Of a DNA stretch of 64,000 bases, positions 58,379 to 64,000 are shown one piece after another. The translations under genes were made by a program, and so were the position numbers. The notes below the pieces were generated by a model. The model did no database searches, was not told the DNA's origin, and was given only the letters and a program-made list of their open reading frames with translations. Each line of letters begins with the position of its first letter. Position 1 is the first letter of the stretch. Origin of the DNA: Emiliania huxleyi CCMP1516 (Eukaryota); assembly GCF_000372725.1 (NCBI RefSeq), contig NW_005201165.1, positions 188,853 to 252,852 on the forward strand. Direction: 5' to 3'.

Positions 58379-60848
58379 TCAGGCCGCGGTCGAGATCGCG
58401 ACCGGCGTGGCGTCCTTGCCCTCGGGGGCAGCCTTCTGCCCAGGCGCGAAATACTTGAAGTAGGCCGCGTGCGCCGCGCAAAAGAGGGCGAGCGCCCCGT
58501 ACGCGATGGCGAAGCGCCAGCCCTCGTTGAACGGCCGAATCTCGTCGTTGTTGATCTTGTAGCTCGACGCGTCGAACGTGTAGTTCGTCGCGAAGCCCAG
58601 TGCGTTGGTCTATGGGGGCAAGGTGTGAGGCGGATCAGCATTCCTCCTCGCTTGGCGGGGCGCGTAGACTGGGTGAGGCACGGCCGACCTTGGGCTCCGT
58701 GAAGGTAGAGAGGACCACCTCGCCCAGGTCGGTGGTGTAGTGGTCGCCTCCCGTGTCGGCGGACATCACCGTCCCGTCCGAGAAAACGTAGTTGTTGCCG
58801 TGCATGAGGCCGAAGAGGGAGAGGAAGGAGGCGAGGGCGGCGACGACGCCGCCGCGCACAAAGTTCGAGTCGGTGAGGTCGCACAGAATCCAGCTCACGA
58901 TGAGCGAGCACATGATGCCGCCCGCGGGCGCCATGTTGGAGACGCCGCGCATGCGGCCGAGCGAGCGGGTGGCCATGCCGACTCCAGCGTTGAAGTGGTC
59001 GAAGTAGATCATGTCGGCGACCACGAACATGATGCCGACCATCAGGCACGGGTAGTGGCGCGACGGCGACACCTCCAGCGCCTGCTGCACGATCATCAGG
59101 CCCACGGCGATGAGGATGACCCCGATCGAGACACCGTCGATGAGGTAGAAGAAGAGGCCGGTGAGGCCGCTCATCATGAGGACAAAGTACGCGAGTCCGT
59201 TGCAGAGCGAGTAGCCCGCGGTCGCGCCCGACGCCTTGTGCCTCCGGTGGCCAATGTACACCTGTTCCACAGGTGCAGGCGTGAAGAGTCGCTCGTCACG
59301 CCGTGCGCCGCGGCGGTGGTCCTCTCGTCGCACCGTCGTCGGGATCGTGGCGCCACAGATGGCGCCGAACATGGTGCCGAGCCCGTCGCAGAGCATCGCC
59401 TCGTGCACGTTGTAGCTGTCGCCGCCGAGCTCCGCCGCCTCGACGTTCTCGATCGTCTCGAGGAAGGAGGCGAGCGCGATTGGCAGCTGGATGGCGATGG
59501 CGCGCGCGGTAATGTCCTTGAAGCCCTCGAGGACGGTGAAGGGCGAGAACTTGTTCTTGCCCACGTAGGTCTCCGCCGCGAACTTGGCCTGGCACCCCAT
59601 TACCGAGCGCTCGTTCAGGTCGCCCGTGCCGCCGGTCTCGCCGCAGCCGTCGCGGTTCTCGGTGTCCCAGCGAGCGAGGCCTGCGGGGGCGTGCCATGGA
59701 CGCGTCGTGAATCTGTGCAGGCTACGTCCGATCCGCGTCTCGGGCATGGCTCACCGCTCCACCAGAGGGCGGTGCCGACGGCGAAGATGACGAGCGCGGC
59801 GGGCACGCGCGCGGGGTAGATGCCCTTGCCGCCGTTGGCGAAGAAGCCCGTGAAGCAGAGCGCTAGCGGGAGGAGTCCGATGAGCGGCTCGCGCATCACG
59901 TCGATGAGCGGGCTGAGGCCGAGCCACACGAAGCCGACGCCGCAGATGGGAGCGAAGAGAGCGGCGCGGGGCACGTTGCGCCGGATGATCTGGGCGAGGC
60001 CGATGCCGCACACCTCGAAGAGTCCGCCGATCAGGTTGGCGCAGCAGGCCGCCGCGAAAGCCTCCCACGCGAAGTCCTCGGGCGACAGAAGCTCCGAAAC
60101 AGGCTTTCCGTTGAAATTGAACTCGACGTAGGGCGAGTTTTTGAAGCAGAGCGGCAGCATCACCTTTGGACAGAGCGGTGGGGCGTCTGGGCTGGTGTGC
60201 GGTACTGCGGCGGCGGGCGGCGGGCTCCAACAGCCAGAGGGTGTGTGTAGGGCGACAACAGTGGCGTCTCGCACCATGTAGACCATGAGGAAGCCGGCGG
60301 GCGCGTTGACGCCATAGGGGAGGGCGGTAACGTCGGACCGGTTCTCCTTGCGGGACAGCTTGGCGGCCATAATCGCGTACCAGATGTTGCCGAACAGGAG
60401 GGCGCAGCCGATGCCCGGGCAAACCCGTTGGAAGACCATGTCCGCGAACGCTTGGTAGTACGCGGGGTAGTTGGGCTCGCCATCGTTCGCGGTGAACGTG
60501 AAGGAGCAGGCGATCATCGGCGCGGTGAGCATAGCGGACAGGATGCCGAGGAGGGAAGAGAAGTTGTCAAAGAAGAGCATGAAAAAGGAGTCCAGCTGCG
60601 AGCGGGTCGGAGGCGGTCGGGTCAGACAGTGGTGGTGTAAGGGTGGTGATTGTGAGTTGGTGAGCTGGTGAGCAGGTGGTGGCGTTTGCGAGGGAGGCAA
60701 GCGGCGATGACGGAGCGGCGACTCGGTGATGGCTATTGTTGAAGCGCACGTCGCCCTTGGTCCAGCTCTTTGGCGACAAATACTGCCAGTTCGGCGTGAT
60801 GCACATGGCGGGCTCGCCCCAGAGCTTGGAGATCGTTTGCTTCACCAT
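58379..60848 (-). CDS. AzgA/NCS2-like nucleobase permease, multi-exon
   Basis: DSFFMLFFDN, DVTALPYGVNAP, VPRAALF, ENVEAAELGGDSY, PTTVYIGH...GATAGYS, SLFGLMH, and many TM helices. Confidence 0.85.
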
Positions 60849-61142
60849 GCGACGAGGAATAGAGAGAGAGATGCTGTTGAGCAAGGATTGCGCCGTCGAA
60901 TTGAGGCGGTGAGAGTTATCCCCCCCGGCTTCTCAATCCCATTCCCCTCGCTTGCAAGGTGCCCGAGAACGCTCGCCGACGCGTGTCAACGCGAATTGTT
61001 TTCCTTCATGATAACTTCGCCAACACACCTAAGTAAGGCGTGAGAGAGAGATCCTCCTTGTCTCCACCCATCCAACCAATCATCCAGGGTGGGGAGAGAT
61101 TTGAGATTTGTTTGTTTGAGATATTTGAAAACCAACAAGAAA

Positions 61143-61589
61143 TCACGACTGCCACAGTGATTTGGGCTCGGCAGCCTGGGAGACGTTGTTGTCGACTGTC
61201 GGGCAGCAAATGCGCACTCCGCAGGTGATGCACGCCCACCTCACGCCTCGCTTCTTGCACTTGCCGACGCCGCATGTTCCGGCAATTTCCACCTGGACGT
61301 TGTGCGAGATGTTGTTGGCTCGGCGCGCGAGCATGAGCCCCGCCTCGGCGAGCTGGCGGTCCGACATGTGGGAGAGCGGCATCGACTGTGCGTAGGGAAC
61401 CGACATGGTTGGTGGCGAGTCGAGGTAGTAGCCGAGGCCCTCGTCGCCCGTCTTGAACGCGTAGCCCCCCTTTGCCCCCTCGAAGGAGGGCGACGGCTTG
61501 AAGGCGAACGACGGAGGAAGGGATGGCCCAAAGGGCACTTCCTCGGGGACAGAGCCAGCCGACGGCGTCGTCGCGTCGCTCGCGGCCAC
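61143..61589 (-). other. small ORF with FxGxxxGYxFKTGxxGLGYYxD motif and a C-terminal Cys cluster
   Basis: FKPSPSFEGAKGGYAFKTGDEGLGYYLD; CGVGKCKKRGVRWACITCGVRICC. Confidence 0.4.
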
Positions 61590-62092
61590 GCCCGCGGCAT
61601 CGACGACTCCATGCGGGGCGAGGCCGCGGGGGACGAGACCGCCCGGCCTGGGGCGAGCCCATGCTGCTCTGACTCGACCGCTCCCTCCTGTTCTTCCTCT
61701 TCTTGCCGGCGTCCGGCGTCAACTTGCGACGAGGGCTCCTCGCTCGGCTGCGAGGTTGACTTCGCCTCGCCGTTCCTCCTTTCTCCTCCCTCCTCGCCCG
61801 CCGCCGCGCCGCCTTCGCCTCCTCCGCCGCTGTGTTGGCGGGCGCCGAGGAGGCCTCCTCGCGAACGGCGGCAGCAGCCGCCGCCAAGCCGGCCACAGGA
61901 GGAGAGGTAGTCGGTCGCACAATCGCACGCCGAGTCACTCGTACAGACCCCCAGTGTACTCAACTAGGTGGCTGCGCAAACGATTTTCAGACACAAAAAG
62001 ACAGACACACAAGCGCACAGGCTATAGCGACGCGTTGGGGCGCAGCCGCACTCTAGATACTCACGGAGAAAAACGCAAGCGGAAGCAGCACG

Positions 62093-62921
62093 GTGTAGAG
62101 CGCTGTAGAGCTGTAGAGCTGTAGAGCTGTAGAGCGCTCTGGAGCGCTGTAGAGCTGTAGAGCTCTACATCCGGCGCGTGACGAACTGCGTGCGTTGTAG
62201 AGCGATGTAGAGCGCGACTTTGCTGTAGAGTTTGTTGTAGAGGCTCTACGCCAAACCGCCGGGAAGGCAGTTAACTCAAAGAGGTCGAGCCGCACTAATG
62301 GGGTGTCTCCGAGCTTACTGGAGCTCTGATGGACGGCCCTGACTATCCCCTGACACACAGAGAGTCACTCTGACGGCACACAACACCCTATAACTGCGTC
62401 ATGACCAGCCTGCCATGCGTCGCCGGAGCCGCATTCGTCGCTGTGCTTCTTTAGCAGGCGGTGGACTGTCGGCGGCGAGGACGGTCGCATTTGCGCGAGG
62501 CGAGGCGAGCATTGCTGCGCGTTGCATGCGCCATGACTCGCGCCAGCGCGTGCGGGAGCTCCTGGCTGAGCGTTGAGTCCAGGCAAGTTGCGCTGGCCAC
62601 GATCGCTACGCCGAGCCGAGCTGACGCGCCGAGGCGCCGGCCAGTCGCAGCCGCGAGGCATGCCACAGCAGCAGAGGCACCTGCCACCCATTGGGCGGGC
62701 AGACAGAAGGCCAGGGCAGCACTGGCAAGTGCAACGCGCCTCATGTCGGAGAGCGACCGTGCCTCGTTCGCCGCTTATGATGTAGAGTTTGTTGTAGAGA
62801 CTTCACGTTGTAGAGCGCCTCTACATCGCTCTACAGGCGACTCACATCGTCACGCGCCGGATGTAGAGCTCTACAAGCTCTACAGCGCTCTCCAGCTCTC
62901 CAGCTCTACAGCACTCTACAC
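62093..62921. mobile_element. foldback/MITE-like element with modular TGTAGAGC inverted arms
   Basis: The left arm gtgtagagcgctgtagagc...ctctacatccggcgcgtgacga is the reverse complement of the right arm tcgtcacgcgccggatgtagag...gcactctacac. Confidence 0.82.
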
Positions 62922-63376
62922 TAAAGGAATCTAGGCGCAGGCGCATCCTGTGTCGAACGCAGGTGATCGCAGACACAGTCTCCTCGATTGCGGTGCTCGG
63001 GGCTCCATACCACTCGCCGCGCGGACAAAGCTACACGGCAGAGAGGAGAGACGCCGCGCCGCGGCGGCAAGTTGAACTTGAAGTTCTCGCTCTGCATCTC
63101 GGGTGAGCCTGTTCTCGCTCCCAGTTTGTCCACAAGCATGGTGCTATAACCATAATACAAAAGTGCATCCTCCATCCACGCCCGACCCCCCGCCCCCCTT
63201 TCAGTTCTCACGACGCCCAACGTCCTCCATCCCGCCCTCAACCTCCACGAGCCGATACTGTAGCGTTAGCATCGCGCCGTGTTCCCCCACGCGCAAACAA
63301 AGGCCAGAGTCGCGCGAGTTGCAGCTGGCATTCTATGCTCCAGAGCATTCGCAGGCGCCGCGCCACCTCTCATTAA

Positions 63377-64000
63377 TCAGGCAGCGTCGAGCCTCTCCCG
63401 CTCAGACCTCGCGGCCTGCGCCACCTGAACGAGTGATGCTACTTCCGGCCTTGTGGCCTTGCTCACGGCGAGGCGCCGCTCCAGCTCCCCCACCTCCTTC
63501 ATCCTAAGCTTCAGCTCCGCCAACTGCTCCGCCAGCTCCTGCGGCTGATGAAGGGCATCGGAGGGGCGTTTCGACCGCCGCCGACTCGGCTTGCCGCCCC
63601 GCGCCTCCTCCTCGTCGGGCTCCACGAGCCGCTTGTGAGGCGGCTTGCGCCGCCGGCAGCAGCAGCGGTAGAAGCAGAGCGCCAGGAAGAGCCACACGGC
63701 TACTCCCAGCGCCAACTTCAGCGGGGAACTGGCGAGGATGGTTTGGCCAAGTCTAGCTTTAGCGAGATCGCGAAGGAGAGGGGGGAGAGCACTCGGAGTG
63801 GATGTCCGGTTCCGGTCGTCCAAGTTTAGCTTTAGCGAGTCGCCGAGGGGGCGCAGGCTCCACTCGCGCACCGCGCTCCCGTGTTCGGCGGCCTTCTGGG
63901 CCCACCGATCAGGGAGCAGCGCGTCCAACTCCCCACCCAGCTCCTTGACGACGGGCGCCACGGTCTCGTACCCCGTCCGCACCGTCCCGTCGAGCTTCTC
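63377..64000 (-). CDS. hypothetical membrane protein (TM + Cys/basic stretch + coiled coil), 5' end outside the window
   Basis: LALGVAVWLFLALCFYRCCCRRRK...ELAEQLAELKLRMKEVGELERRL. Confidence 0.55.
   Translation of the reverse strand, partial: EKLDGTVRTGYETVAPVVKELGGELDALLPDRWAQKAAEHGSAVREWSLRPLGDSLKLNLDDRNRTSTPSALPPLLRDLAKARLGQTILASSPLKLALGVAVWLFLALCFYRCCCRRRKPPHKRLVEPDEEEARGGKPSRRRSKRPSDALHQPQELAEQLAELKLRMKEVGELERRLAVSKATRPEVASLVQVAQAARSERERLDAA

Overview
This is eukaryotic, very GC-rich genomic DNA with short (about 60-75 nt) introns, many of them GC-AG, and 10-11 bp intronic minisatellites. That style fits a haptophyte such as Emiliania/Gephyrocapsa huxleyi, but the assignment is inferred from sequence style only. 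It is a draft assembly with two N-gaps. The window is gene-dense. Recognisable genes: a ZNFX1-like SF1 helicase with a WW domain, a dual-specificity phosphatase, a VOC/glyoxalase protein, a nucleotide-sugar transporter, a SAM-domain protein, a DUF962 protein, a glutaredoxin, an FKBP, a Rab GTPase, a diflavin reductase with two flavodoxin domains, a cyclophilin, an F-box/RCC1 protein, TM9SF, a DEAD-box helicase, a partial METTL16-like gene and an AzgA/NCS2-like permease. Between them lie several non-autonomous TIR elements (two with clean target-site duplications), a decayed RLE retroelement end next to a frameshifted SLX1-type GIY-YIG gene, and small dispersed repeats. The most striking pattern is that, in many unrelated genes, the first 14-21 nt of an intron are a near copy of the start of the next exon, and one intron is itself tandemly duplicated. 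This points to duplication-linked intron formation or turnover. Exon boundaries are manual predictions, and CDS spans include introns.
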